A DNA stretch of 64,000 nucleotides. It comes from Octopus bimaculoides (taxonomy: Eukaryota). The DNA is taken from contig NC_068987.1 in assembly GCF_001194135.2 (NCBI RefSeq), positions 101,229,149 through 101,293,148 of the forward strand, read 5' to 3'. A program made the position numbers and the translations under genes. Numbering within the stretch: position 1 is the first letter of the stretch; the number at the start of each line of letters is the position of its first letter. Of this stretch, positions 27,121 to 41,426 are shown one piece after another. Below the pieces are notes generated by a model, which was not told the origin of the DNA, did no database searches, and saw only the letters and a list, made by a program, of their open reading frames with translations.

Positions 27121-28331
27121 TCAGAATCTTATTCGTTATTGAAGAGCCTCCAGATGACTTTTCGAGACTGGTGATCAGTCAAACACATACACACGCGCGC
27201 GCGTCCGTGCGTCTCTGTATCTTTATAAATGCATATTTTATTATGCATGTAAATACACACACGCATATACTCTTACACACACACACAAACACACACATAT
27301 TCTATCTATTTATCTGTATATATATACATATATATATATGGGGTACATAAATGTATACATGACTTTGCATTTGCTTTTCCGTGGGTATGTCTAAGTATTT
27401 CATTTATTTTCATTTCGTGTTCCTCGCTGATGAAGGAAAATTCCTTTTGGGATTAATCCAAAAAGCAAAACCGATTAGGGATAACTATATATTCATGAAT
27501 TTCTGTTAGCTTGCCTTCTTCGTTTCGGCGTAATAATACAAATGAAAATATTTTATTTGGTTAGAAGATTTAGCGTCCATTTTCTATTTTTCAGCATATT
27601 GGTAAAGAATTTTTTTCGTGTTGCCCTTATTTATATTATTTATAATTATATATATGTATATATATATATATATTTGTGTGTGTGTGTGTATGCATACAGA
27701 GAGAGAGAGAGAGAGAGANNNNNNNNNNNNNNNNNNNNNNNNNNNNNNNNNNNNNNNNNNNNNNNNNNNNNNNNNNNNNNNNNNNNNNNNNNNNNNNNNN
27801 NNNNNNNNNNNNNNNNNNNNNCGGAGACGGAGACGGAGAAAAAGAGTTAAAACATAATTATTTGATAGTGTTGATTTGGCCACTTTAATGTTGCTGTCCT
27901 GACGATACTGCCATTTAACCTCAGGAAGATATCTCTAGCAGATTTATTCAGTGAACTACCCGCACTGGATACTCCTCCCACCCTAGCTCTGAGGCCACCA
28001 GAGTACGTCGTTTCGATCTAAGAACTGAATATAAAATGTAATGTCAAATATAAAAATTTTACTTTTTATCAATATATAAATAAAATACGCATATATGTAT
28101 ACGCATGTGTGTATGGGAGTGTGTGTGTGAGAGAGAGAGAGCGAGAGGGGGGGAGAGGGAGTAAGCGCGTATTCTGCTAAAAATGATTTCTAAGAAATAT
28201 AAAAACTACAAGATGTAGTTGGTATTCCTATCCTCCCCACGCTCTGGAAAATTCACTATTCCACGTATTAAATTAATTTGTTTTACTCAGCTCTATCGTG
28301 TCCTTTTTTCTTTCATTAATTCTAACCCGCA

Positions 28332-28375
<44 letters not shown>

Positions 28376-28867
28376 TACATAACACACATACATGCAGACA
28401 TGCTTAAATATAATTACTTACATACACATAAATATACATGTATGTTTGTAATATAAATGTATATTGTGGTGTTAGCATTTTTTCTACATATAAATAACCT
28501 ATATGCATGCTAAGATCTGAAGAGATACATCTATTACTGTTCAAGTTTAACTGTTTTATCCATTGCAAGAATGCTAAAAGCAACCGAAGCTGGAGATATA
28601 TTAAATCGTTCATGACTTTAGCCATGATTTACCTCTGTAATTAAAATAAAGCTAAAATAATTAATAACAAATATAAACAATAATTCAAACGTTAGGAGGT
28701 GGGCAACAAAATTATTATAATTGCTAGCCAGATGTTGACGGGTGATAGTTTTTGTATAGTGCTTTGAATATTAATATACTTTAACATCTGTGCAAGTCAT
28801 TTTCGAAGTTTTCTTGGTACACTAACCTGAAGGTTAATATCATTCATCTCAAAAAATAAAACACAGA

Positions 28868-29302
28868 ATCGCTGAAAATATTTTCCCTTAAATTTGCATT
28901 TTTTTATAATAAAATTTTAATAATCAAAACAAGAATATAAATAATCTCTAGAAAAATACTATTGACATCTAACATAGTTGATATTTATGCCATTTCATCG
29001 CAGATATCCAATTAGGTATCTGAATAAAATGTCTAGAGGGCTGAAATTTAATTTTTGTGTTTTGATTTTTAGATTATGAACCTCATCTTTAAAAATGCTA
29101 TATTTTCGATTTAAAAAAAAATTCTTTTACAGGTACTTCATTTTATTGATTCTGGAAATATAAAAGTAAATATGATCTCGGCAGTATTAGAACTGAGATA
29201 TTTATGCAATTGTTCTGAGTTCTAATTCCATCGCCAATGTTTTGATTATTAAAATTTTATTATAAAAAAATGCAAATTTAAGGGGAAATATTTTCAGCGA
29301 TT
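28868..29302. repeat. Inverted repeat of about 64 bp with a spacer of about 307 bp
   Basis: ATCGCTGAAAATATTTTCCCTTAAATTTGCATTTTTTTATAATAAAATTTTAATAATCAAAACA (28868-28931) matches the reverse complement of 29239-29302 almost exactly. Confidence 0.9.
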
Positions 29303-29859
29303 GGGCGTAGAGCGGATAGGAATACCAACTACCATCACCAATGGTAGTTTTGCTTATCATCATTCTGCAATCGATGAATTATAATATCATCAAAAGGAGA
29401 TTGATTGCATTGACGATACGATATCAGTGTAATTAGAGATGTTGTGTCTATCCAGAAATCAGAGTTTCTTGGGTATTTTTAAAATCTACTCTACGTTTCT
29501 GTCAGTTCGACGTCTGAAGCAGTAGCAGGTGTTTTATTTCCGCAGGTATTCACTGTAACTGACTGAATTCGAACTAGATATATATATTTCTGAAAAATTT
29601 GCAATAGCTATTGTGAAGATAGTAGTGTTATGTATTTTTATAATAGTAATAAGAAAGTATTCTAATGAATAAATTCCTCTTCATATATGTATGAATACAC
29701 TACAAGGAAGAAACCGTCCAAACTCGTTACTGATCAGTTTAACTGATTAATGCCAGTTTCGATATGAAGGTATCTTTCGTTACTTATTGATCAACGAAAT
29801 TTTTGTAAGTGTATCATATACATGTATCATATACATGTATATGTGTAACATGAATTTTG

Positions 29860-30180
29860 CTATCCTTGGATAGCAATTGTTATTTCCTATTTGCTTACCC
29901 CCAGAAAGTATGAAAATGGTTAATATTCCCTCCATACTTTGCTTTTGTTACATTTATTCAAACCCCAAAGAATCCTTCTCAATGCATAGCTATGATACTC
30001 CCTTACTACTCCTATTCGTGATCAAAGATGTACATATTGCCAGCCACTAAGGGACATGCTCAAGTGATTATGATCAAGCAAATGACATGTAAATCTATGG
30101 TATTGAGCAGAATATTTGCTATAACGATATTTCTGCTTCAGCAAGTCAGAGTTGAACATGCTTGAAATGTAATGGAAAAT
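29860..30180. mobile_element. Probable octopus interspersed repeat, unclassified
   Basis: CCACTAAGGGACATGCTCAA...TGGTATTGAGCAGAATATTTGCT matches an abundant octopus repeat from recall only; there is no second copy in the window. Confidence 0.4.
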
Positions 30181-32380
30181 AGGTCAGTTTCAAAACATTG
30201 ACGTCCAGGTCACAAAAGCAAAGTCTGAAGGGAATAGTAGTCATTTCTTTTGATTTATAGATATCAGCAAATAAGAAATTACAGTCACTGACCCTCCACC
30301 CCCCCCCCAAAAAAAATAGATAAAAGACTTTAAAAAATGTTGTTATGCAGTTTTATTTTTAGTATCCAAAAAGTAAATAAACTTTATTTCCCAATACATA
30401 TTTTTCTATTTGAAGTTGTAAAATTGTGAAAAAATCATTGGTGACACTCTCACCAACTTGCTAACACCAAATTAAAATAATTGTAGGTGTAGAGAAACAG
30501 GACGAAAATTTTGTGTATATTTCGTAACTACAAAGAGGGCGCTAATCACAAAATTTCTTCGAATTGTTACCGAAAACTTAATGCTGAATTCACATTTCAT
30601 TCATTAACCAGGATGGTGGCTTGTATATAGTTCTTCTTCAAATATACGTTGGATCAAATTGAAATAGATACTGATTTCAAAGGAATATATGAACATTAAC
30701 ACACCTGTTGAGATGTTGAGATGGAAGAAAATGCATTATGTCATAAAAATGCGAAGAAGGGTGATATAATGTAATGTATGTTTAATAGCTCCAAGGTACC
30801 GTTTTGGGAACGTTATGTTTAGAAGAAATGTGCTTCTTGAAATCGATGTTTGATCCAGAACATAGCAAACGTTTCTCACTTCTCTAATTCGGAACAATAG
30901 AAGTGGGTTGTTTTCAGGATTCTTACATCTGTACCGTCGATATTCGTCCAAATATTCTAAAATGATCGAAATATTTACGAACGTACGTACAAAAACCTAG
31001 AATTTGGTCGGGCATTAGTTCATCAAATAGAATTGAATATTTTAAAGAGAGCTTTTCCTGACAAGCTAACAGGCCAATCACGTCACCAGCGCCTGTTCTG
31101 GCATTGCCAGTCTATATATCATTGGCGGGGAGATGGATCACTACTGCCTTTAGAATTCGAGTGTCCATCATTGACATGACCAAACAAAGTCGAAATCACG
31201 TGATCTGGTAGTCCGGACGCTGGAGGTGGTGGGAATTTATCTCCTCGCTAGTGATATAAGCAAGAGTGCATTTTGCACCAAAAAGCCAATATAAGAGTTT
31301 TTTCTCATGACATTTACCTTTGTATACTTTGTTCTAACAGAACATCCACGTCTAAGTGGGGATAAATATTACTTTTCCTGACAAATTTGAATGTTTATTT
31401 CATGACGACATTGATCTCACTTTTATAACTAACGCTTGTGAACAGTAATGTCTGAAATGTTATCGTAGGATAAATAACTAAGCAGTGCTATGTTTATCAA
31501 AGAAGTTAAGTGTAGCTGAATCTAATTATTCAAATATGATATAGCAACAAGCGAAGTCCAACTAATATCTGCAGACTGACAATTATACTTACGTATACGG
31601 TGATTTATGTCAAAATATCAGCTATATAGACAATTTATTATGGGATGTGAGTGAAATAAATTCTTTAACACATAACTGAACTTGTATAGCTTTACTAATT
31701 AATTTAACTTGTATAAACATGATTTCTAGAAAATACTCCAGCTGTTTTAAGTACGTACAAGCAAGTATTTAGCCAGAAGGAGAACCAGGAAAAAAATATT
31801 TTATTAAACAAATAAAAGGAGAGAAGTATGGAAGAAAAGAAAAACAATAAGCTCGACAAAACTTACTACTTCCATTTTACATCCGGCGACGATTAGATTC
31901 TGTCCACAGGTTAAAGAAAATAGAATATTTTCCACTAGTAACCTCATATTTGCAATAAAATCGTATTAAGGATTTTTTTACTTATGCAGATGAATGCACA
32001 ATGAAGCAAGCATTATGCCGAAGCACTCTTGACTAGCAGAGAGAAGGCTGACATATACCTAAAGTCCAATAATTCTTCACTAACGACAAGATATTTTACG
32101 CAGAAACTACGGCTACATAGAAAATATATGAAAGAAGTTGCTTAAAATTGTATCCATGCTGAATAGCTTTATTAATTCCATTGCTTTGTATTGACCTTGT
32201 AAAAACAATAAATCTGGGGATGCAGCAATAATTATAGAGAAGGGGCAATAATTCGAAAGAAGCTTTTGCTCTGTGTGTGTGGTGTGTGTGTGTGTGTGTA
32301 TGTGTGTGTGTGTGTGTGTGAACTCATTTATGTATGTATATACATACGCTTAAAATATTTTAATATAGTTTGGGTGTTAT

Positions 32381-32550
32381 AAGGCGGCGTGCTTTCAGAA
32401 TCGTTAGCACGCCGGGCAAAATACTTACCAACATTTCGTTTGTCATTACGTTTTGAGTCTAAATTCCATCGAGGTCGATTTTGCCTTTCATCTCTTTAGG
32501 GGTCGATAAGATAAGTATTTGTAGAGCACTGGGGCCGACGTAATTGATTT
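32381..32550 (+). mobile_element. Octopus-type SINE
   Basis: AAGGCGGCGTGCTTTCAGAATCGTTAGCACGCCGGGC...GAGGTCGATTTTGCC. Confidence 0.88.
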
Positions 32551-35500
32551 TTGTGCCAGAATATGAAATCAATATAGTTTTGGTGTTATAACGAAGAGAA
32601 TATGTAAGTACAAAAAAAAAAAACGAAGTATCTCGATGTTGTTTTTTTGTTTTGTTAATTTGTCCCTTATAGTTATTGGCAAATCCACTTCCAGCTAATA
32701 GACTACTCGTGAACATAAATGCCTATCAGTAATTTTAAATAGCTTATCCAAGGAAAGAAAACTGCTTAAAAGCCGAATGGGACCAAAATATTCAGGAACT
32801 GTAATCTCTGTCTGCTCGTGAAGTGATCGAAATCCATATTGTCAATAGTTATTTTTTCATTCTTCAATTGGCGCTAAACCAAAAATTTTGGTGGATGAGA
32901 ATAGACACTCAAATCGACTCCGTCGCTTGAATGGTTTAAATTATATCGACTTACTAAGAATGATAAAAGAGAATGTTGGTCTCGGCAGGAATCCAGCTGA
33001 AAACATAAGAAACTACAGCAAAATTCTGCATGTCTATTTTTGTGTGATGATCTAATGTTTCTACTAATCCATCTACTTTTGAAGTGAAGCTGTTTAAAAA
33101 TGAGTAAAGTAAATGTATAAATATCAAAATTATTTCATGTGTTGTACATTGTTGTCGTGACAACATCGAATCTGAATTGAAACCATTTAGGTCGTAATGG
33201 TGATTCTTCGCCTGTTATATCCGCATTTTCTCTCTGCGGATACATACATACATACTAATAGATGTACATAAATACTTACACACACGCGCGCACACACGCA
33301 CACATACACACACACACATATACGCTCGCGCATCTATGTGCATATTTGATTGCGCGCATGCATGTTGTGTGCATGTGTTTGTGCATGTGTTTAATTATAT
33401 CACACACAAATACACGACATGCAGCATTAAAAACAAAATTATTTTACTTTTGTTTTCGAACATTGCTACGGGGCCTCAAATATTGAATGTCATATTAATT
33501 TTAGTTTTATCATAATACAAGTCCCCCTCTCAAATTTAAAACATTGTCTGTACTTTGCATCCATAGCTTAAACGTTCCTTTTCCGTAATCTCGAATGTGT
33601 GTTCCTATTGAACTTTTTTTTAAAAAGCAAAGTAGTCTTACATACCACCCATCGAGTGTATGTAGAATTAAATATCCTGAGGCTGTAATACTTCATTAGC
33701 ATAAATTTTATGAACTATAGAATGTTTGTGATTTAAAACGAACAAATAAGTATACAACACACAATGTAGAGTGCTTATACTTTATCAAAAGTTGAAGTTT
33801 CTTGAATCGTTACGCTCGGTTTCACGTTAGCATTTATTCAAACGATTGATTTAATGAATGAGTGCGAAACATTTAAATAAAATATTCGTAAACAACTAAT
33901 CATATCTTCATTGCTAATCATATTTCAATGCGTTTATAAATATTTTTGTTCATATATTTCAAAGTTACCTTTCAACACCGATCGTTAGAATAAATGCCGG
34001 AGAGAATGTGCGTGAAACAATTTAGGAAAATTCAAATTCTAATAAAATTATATTCCTTTAGAAATAAAGTTTGTGAAACATTTATATGTTTACTATCATT
34101 ATGTTTGTGTAAGTGTGTGAGAAAGGGTGTGAAAAATTCAACCAGCTTATAGTTCAAACTTCTCGGACAGCATACAAGATTTAGTGAAACTGCGGTCACT
34201 CAGTACAAATGAATTAACAGCAATACTTACCAAGAATTAGCCGTAGAAAATTGATTATTTTATTGTATGACTAAGTAAACATTAACACATATACAAACAG
34301 ACACATACGTATATANNNNNNNNNNNNNNNNNNNNNNNNNNNNNNNNNNNNNNNNNNNNNNNNNNNNNNNNNNNNNNNNNNNNNNNNNNNNNNNNNNNNN
34401 NNNNNNNNNNNNNNNNNNNNNNNNNNNNNNNNNNNNNNNNNNNNNNNNNNNNNNNNNNNNNNNNNNNNNNNNNNNNNNNNNNNNNNNNNNNNNNNNNNNN
34501 NNNNNNNNNNNNNNNNNNNNNNNNNNNNNNNNNNNNNNNNNNNNNNNNNNNNNNNNNNNNNNNNNNNNNNNNNNNNNNNNNNNNNNNNNNNNNNNNNNNN
34601 NNNNNNNNNNNNNNNNNNNNNNNNNNNNNNNNNNNNNNNNNNNNNNNNNNNNNNNNNNNNNNNNNNNNNNNNNNNNNNNNNNNNNNNNNNNNNNNNNNNN
34701 NNNNNNNNNNNNNNNNNNNNNNNNNNNNNNNNNNNNNNNNNNNNNNNNNNNNNNNNNNNNNNNNNNNNNNNNNNNNNNNNNNNNNNNNNNNNNNNNNNNN
34801 NNNNNNNNNNNNNNNNNNNNNNNNNNNNNNNNNNNNNNNNNNNNNNNNNNNNNNNNNNGTGTACATTCGTCAGCGTGTGTGCGTGCGTGTGTAAACGCTG
34901 TGTATTTGTTTGTCATTAATGCCTGCTCGGCTATATTAGAAGCTTGCAAGGATTATCTCGGCATCTGTTTGAAAATCAAAAAACAAAAAAAAAAGTTGAT
35001 GAAAACTAAATACCTTAATCGCATAAATATTAATTGAGTATGTCTTCAGATTAAGAGAATATTAATATGATGTAAAACAGATCTCGATAAAACGATTAAT
35101 ATGAGACTCTTCAGTCAGCTTAACAATTAGCCGCCATTAATAAACATTTGCATGATGACGAAGACAGCAGAAGAGTCTCACCGTAAGCCTTCGACCTACT
35201 AGAAGAAGCAGCCAACAAAATATTTTTCCAGTCACACATTATTTGCAGGATGTATACATTAGATGGTATAGTCCGAGGTAAACTTATAAAGATGGAACTG
35301 AGATGATTCTGAGCAAATATATCTGCTCGATTATGTTAGACATGAGTTAAACATTATCAGTCGTCGAGTCAACGAGAGAGTCAGTATTGCAATGTAACCC
35401 GAGCTGCTCGAAAGAGCAAGCACGTTTCTCTCAGATTTTACACTAAAGTCTTATCAATGACACTACATTATTCCACTGAGGTGAATAATGGAGAGTTGGG

Positions 35501-37355
35501 ATCTTTTCAGTTTGGCTGACAATTTTCAATCTCTTCAATACCTGGTCGAATTGATTTCACATTCTGAGTCATGATATGGCTTTATATGCTAATCACTGCT
35601 TTGAAATTCATTTTCGCAATAAATCAATAAACAAAGTGTTATTAGGTCTTAAAGTTTGAACACTTTTTGGTAATTTCTAATCAATCGTAAGACACAGACA
35701 CATTCATGCCTGTTTCCATTGTAACAAGCCAAGCATGAGAACTCTTTTGTTTGTAAGATAGCACGTGTTGACAAATATATTCTGTGCGAAAGAATGTGCG
35801 TCGACGCTGTACTCTGTTGGTCGAGAGATGTCCTAAAAATAACAGCCAAATAGGCCTTAAATCATGCCACCCTTAAATCTTTTTTTTTTGTTTGCTTTTT
35901 TTTTTTTGCATAATAGTATAAATTCCTGAGTGTAGAAATACAAATTCGAAAAAAAATTTCTGAAAATTGTAAAACTTAAAAAAAAATTATGAGGAGTTAT
36001 AAATCGTTCGTGAAGCTGAAGTCGGTTTATTTACTGTTTTATATTAAAATACGCCACGCATAAAATAAACAGCTACCAAATCCTGTATCCTGATTGGGTG
36101 AACATTATCAAATCTTAAACCTCGATAACTTTTGAAGAAAATTTTTTCTAGAAAAAGTGAAATATCTCCTGAAATTCAGCTTGGAAAACTACATTAGTGT
36201 AACAAATTTTAAAATTTTAAACAAACTGTGAATTTTCGAATATTAGCAGCCAAACTGAAAAGATCCGAGAGTTTGTAGAGAGGTAGATATAATAAAGACA
36301 ACGGTGATAGTTGAAACAGAACAAGGTGTGTCGGTTCTCTTGAAGGTCTTGCATCGGCCTCATTGATCGTCGAGGCAATAAACATATTTTGACCTTCTCT
36401 GACCGTATGGGTGTGTGACCACTCTTTTGATAGTCCTTGGCCAACATCTCTCTTCGTTTTGTCTTTCAGTCTATCCCTAACTTGTTCTGGCTCATGGGCC
36501 CAGTAGACAAAATGGAAAACGTGTTGCCCCGGAGGATGGCAAGGAAGATGCCTTGGAGCAGCCACTGTGACTCACGGGGTACACCATCTCTGACTCGATA
36601 GCAGTGAGTAGGGATGTGATCCGGGGGCCGAGAACGCTGAAAGTCCCCTACTGTCAGAGGCTCGACTATAAACCTGTCGGAGAGCGATCGACACTTTGAC
36701 AGCTTGCTTTTTCTCAACTTGACGAGGAGCAGAGCCTGAGCTGGTAGCTGAACACACCAAGTTGCCGCTGAAGAAGGTGTCACAGCATGTGACAGAACAC
36801 GTTTGAAAATGTGTCTTCTGTCATTGCTGAAATGAGGCCCTACAAATAAAACGGCAATAAAAACAACCACCACAAAAAGAAGAGCAGTTAAGGTAACCAT
36901 GCTTTTTCTCAGTCTTTACAACGACCCTTCTAATTTCAAAATAAGTAAAAAATAAAATGAAGTAAATTAAAATATGTGTAATATTTAACTGTTTCATACA
37001 ACAAATGCTTCATGGAAACCTTAATTTTATTTAGTGATTCATAAATATTTCTTTAGCAACGTAACTGCTCTTTCCGTTATATATTTAAGCTAATAGGAGC
37101 GATGGCAATTCAAGCTTTTCTATTATTTTAAATTATAAATATTATGAACCAACAGAAATATTTACATGATCTTTTAACCAGCAAGAATAGGAGCCAAATA
37201 CTCTACAAATAAAATGCCGCCAACTTATGATATACATAAATGAAATGGAATTCATTGTAGGTCTGCTCTGTCAAAACTAACTTAGATAAATATAAAAACC
37301 AGCAGCAAAAGTCAAAATAGTACCTATAAGTCTGCAATTCAAATACTTCTGTTTT

Positions 37356-37408
<53 letters not shown>

Positions 37409-38367
37409 NNNNNNNNNNNNNNNNNNNNNNNNNNNNNNNNNNNNNNNNNNNNNNNNNNNNNNNNNNNNNNNNNNNNNNNNNNNNNNNNNNNNNNNNNNNN
37501 NNNNNNNNNNNNNNNNNNNNNNNNNNNNNNNNNNNNNNNNNNNNNNNNNNNNNNNNNNNNNNNNNNNNNNNNNNNNNNNNNNNNNNNNNNNNNNNNNNNN
37601 NNNNNNNNNNNNNNNNNNNNNNNNNNNNNNNNNNNNNNNNNNNNNNNNNNNNNNNNNNNNNNNNNNNNNNNNNNNNNNNNNNNNNNNNNNNNNNNNNNNN
37701 NNNNNNNNNNNNNNNNNNNNNNNNNNNNNNNNNNNNNNNNNNNNNNNNNNNNNNNNNNNNNNNNNNNNNNNNNNNNNNNNNNNNNNNNNNNNNNNNNNNN
37801 NNNNNNNNNNNNNNNNNNNNNNNNNNNNNNNNNNNNNNNNNNNNNNNNNNNNNNNNNNNNNNNNNNNNNNNNNNNNNNNNNNNNNNNNNNNNNNNNNNNN
37901 NNNNNNNNNNNNNNNNNNNNNNNNNNNNNNNNNNNNNNNNNNNNNNNNNNNNNNNNNNNNNNNNNNNNNNNNNNNNNNNNNNNNNNNNNNNNNNNNNNNN
38001 NNNNNNNNNNNNNNNNNNNNNNNNNNNNNNNNNNNNNNNNNNNNNNNNNNNNNNNNNNNNNNNNNNNNNNNNNNNNNNNNNNNNNNNNNNNNNNNNNNNN
38101 NNNNNNNNNNNNNNNNNNNNNNNNNNNNNNNNNNNNNNNNNNNNNNNNNNNNNNNNNNNNNNNNNNNNNNNNNNNGGGGGGGGGGTCTTTGTTTTGCATG
38201 ATACTAGGTGACGTTGCCGGTGCTGGTGCCACCAAAAGAGCACCCAGAATATTATAATGTGGTTGGCATAAGGAAAGGCATTCAGCCATTGAAACCATGC
38301 TAAATCAAACAATTAAACTTGGCACAGACACCTCTCACTTGCCAGTTTCTGGCAACGTTAAACACTA

Positions 38368-38419
<52 letters not shown>

Positions 38420-38572
38420 ATTATACACACACACACACACACACATACATATATAAATATATATATATTCTTGTGATCATTCTTTCACGTTCACGAACGG
38501 GAACGTGAAACTCTGAGCAGAAGTTTTTTGTGATATTGTGATATTTCTGTGATTTGCAGCTTTAAGAATAAA

Positions 38573-38612
<40 letters not shown>

Positions 38613-40172
38613 TTAAAGAGACATGACTGTAGATAGGGAGCTTGAGTAAGGTAAGTGACACAAAAGAAACAGATGAAATTTGAAAGCCAACAGAAATAAG
38701 ATGAGAAAATTGAAGAGAAGACAGACGGGTAGAAAGAGAGTATGCCGACTTAAAGCAACCTATATTACTTGATGGTAAACTGAAAAACGTACAATGATGA
38801 AGAAGCGGGGACAAATGAAAGTGTAACGCTTATAAATATGCAAAAGTAAGCCAAAAAGGAAAGAAAAAAATGTCAGAAAAAAAAATTACAGTTTCTCTAT
38901 TTTTGTTTTTCGCTTTCTTTTCCATCCAATACTTCCATGTTTATATGCTTCACGCTTTCTTGTATAATCTACTTTCTTATTTTTTATGTCTTTTATTTTT
39001 CACCGTCTAGAATTTCAAGTTAGCTTTAGTCACCGAACGTTTTACTATAAGAAGTAATCCTAAGTTTTTCCTATTGTTCTCTTTCAACTGAAATTCTCAT
39101 TTTTTTTTTCTTCTCATTTCCATTCCTTTCTAATTTCTTCTTTTTTTTCCATTTCTTTCTTCACTCTTCTGTCTTCCCTTCCGTCTTCGTCTCTCCGCCT
39201 TAACATTTCTTGCTCTCCACCTATATGTCTACCTTTTTTTTCCTTCGCTTACATAACTATCACATCAATCATTATTATATTTCTGCACTGCCAACCGTTA
39301 AACTTTACATATATTAACATTAAATTTTATATCATAATCGTTGAAATCTCATATTATTAATTTTTATAAACCTCGATTTCATCAAACTTATAAAATTCTT
39401 TATCCCTATTTATTTTTAGCTATTATGTCATAACTAAGTTGTAAAAAGGTATTTTATGGGTCAGCCATTTTTATGATCGTTAAAGACTTGAAAACACGCT
39501 TTCTCTTCAATAAACAGGTTAGGTATTTTCAATGTATAAGTAAGCATCTCAGCAAACGCTTTTGTGTTCCCTTAGATATTTTACCTTAAGTTTGGGACCT
39601 CCTCATGTCCTGCCATTTGATTTTATGTTGTTTGTTATGTCTGGGTTATTTCTTATTCAGAGCTGTTCATTTTTATGAACATTCCTGTCGTGGTAATTCC
39701 ACTGTTATCCTGATACTCCTTCTTCAAATGTTCCAGATTTTGTTGCTGTTATGCTTCTATTTTACTTTTACCTAATTCTATTGAAAATCTATTTGGTGTT
39801 GAAGTTAAACTGCTTAGTTTAAAGAACCCTTGCCATTTTTCATATCGACGGATTTAGTAAGGATCTAAAATTTCGGGAATTTTGTAATTTCGATGAATTC
39901 ATTTTTGGACTGAATTGGTCTGGTGGTGATATGAACTGTACTGTGATACATTGTTCATCATGCGTTGTCTGGTCATCGAATAGTAGAGACATTTGCGACA
40001 TAATCATTGTAAGAGATAACAATCAATACTTTTTAAGAGTATTACGTAGTTGTCATTCAACATTTTTGGCTTTCCATTTTGACTTATCATGTTTTAATCG
40101 GTATCAGATATTTTTAGATGTCGAGTCGCATTTTCTCTTATAAAACTTTCCCTGTATTATTATTTACATATT

Positions 40173-40391
40173 AAGGCGGTGAGCTAGCAGAAACGTTAGC
40201 ACGCCAAGCGAAATGCTAAGCGGTATTTCGTTTGTCTGTCTGTAGGTTCTGAGTTCAAATTTCGCTGAGGTCGACTTTGCCTTTCATCCTTTCGGGGGCC
40301 GATAAACTAAGTACCAGTTGCGTAATGGAGTCGATCTAATCGATTTCCCCATCCCCAAATATTTCGGGCCTTGTGTCTAGAGTAGAAAAGG
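40173..40391 (+). mobile_element. Full-length octopus-type SINE with 16-bp target-site duplication
   Basis: Flanked by TTATTATTTACATATT at 40157-40172 and 40392-40407. Confidence 0.93.
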
Positions 40392-40414
40392 TTATTATTT
40401 ACATATTTTTTTTC

Positions 40415-40625
40415 ACTAAGGCGGCGTGATAACAGGGTCATTACTGCATTGGACAAAATTATAAGCAACATTTCTTCTGTTCTTTATGTTTTGAGTTGAA
40501 GTTCTGCCGATATTGACTCTACTTTTCATCCTTTATATCTACCAAAATAGTACCATTTCAATGCTGAGGTCAATGTGATTGAGTATCATCTTCCTCTAAA
40601 ATTGTTTGTCTTCTGCCAAAATTTG
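40415..40625 (+). mobile_element. Older, heavily diverged copy of the same SINE
   Basis: CTAAGGCGGCG head, GTTTTGAGTTGAAG, CTTTTCATCCTT and AGTACC landmarks in the expected order. Confidence 0.55.
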
Positions 40626-41426
40626 AATCTATTATTTTGTGAGATAGGAATGGAAATACAGAAACAGTACGCTGCGTACATACGGGCAGTTTGGAAGAGG
40701 GGATTGGCGGGTTGGATAAGGATTGAACGTTGACAGCAGCGGACTGAAGGGGTTAAAGAGTACGTAGGTTCTTCCAGCTGAGGGACAGGATAGAGAGGTG
40801 GAAACAGAGGGTAAATGGATGCTGTTAGGTGAAGGATGGGTATGAAAGAATAGAGTGGACGGCGGTCAATTTGGCAGGCCCGAGTTTGAGTGTCTTGGCA
40901 TCTCTATCGAATGAAAAGACTGGCCAAGTAATGAGACTGTCTGAAAGTCACAGCCGCCGCTGCTTAGATGGGAATAAGTGTTGCTGTGAGAGGAGTGTGA
41001 GGAAGACAAGGTATCAAGAAAGAACTGGGTGACAGTGGATTTTAAGAAGACGGCAGTGAAGAGAGAGTAGTCGAGTCGGTTGTTGAAGATAGAGATGCCT
41101 AAGAAGTCAATGAAGGTTTCAGAAATGACGGACGTGAATTAAAAAGTAGGATGAAATGGGTTGAGGAATGAGATGAAGTTATTCAGTTGTTCGCAGGAAA
41201 CAGAGTTCAAGCTGGTGCAGCCGTTTATGTAGTGATCGCATAGCTCTGGGATTGTCCATTGAACTGCGAAAAATTATTGGTTTCGATGGAGACGATGAAT
41301 AAGTTAAGACGCTTTTTCGTTCCCATAGTGACTCCAGATACAAAGTGATGTACCTCTCCAACAAATGTGGCGCAGCTCAAAGAGGGTACGATTTCTGTAA
41401 GACAGAGAAGAGTTAGTACACTGGGT

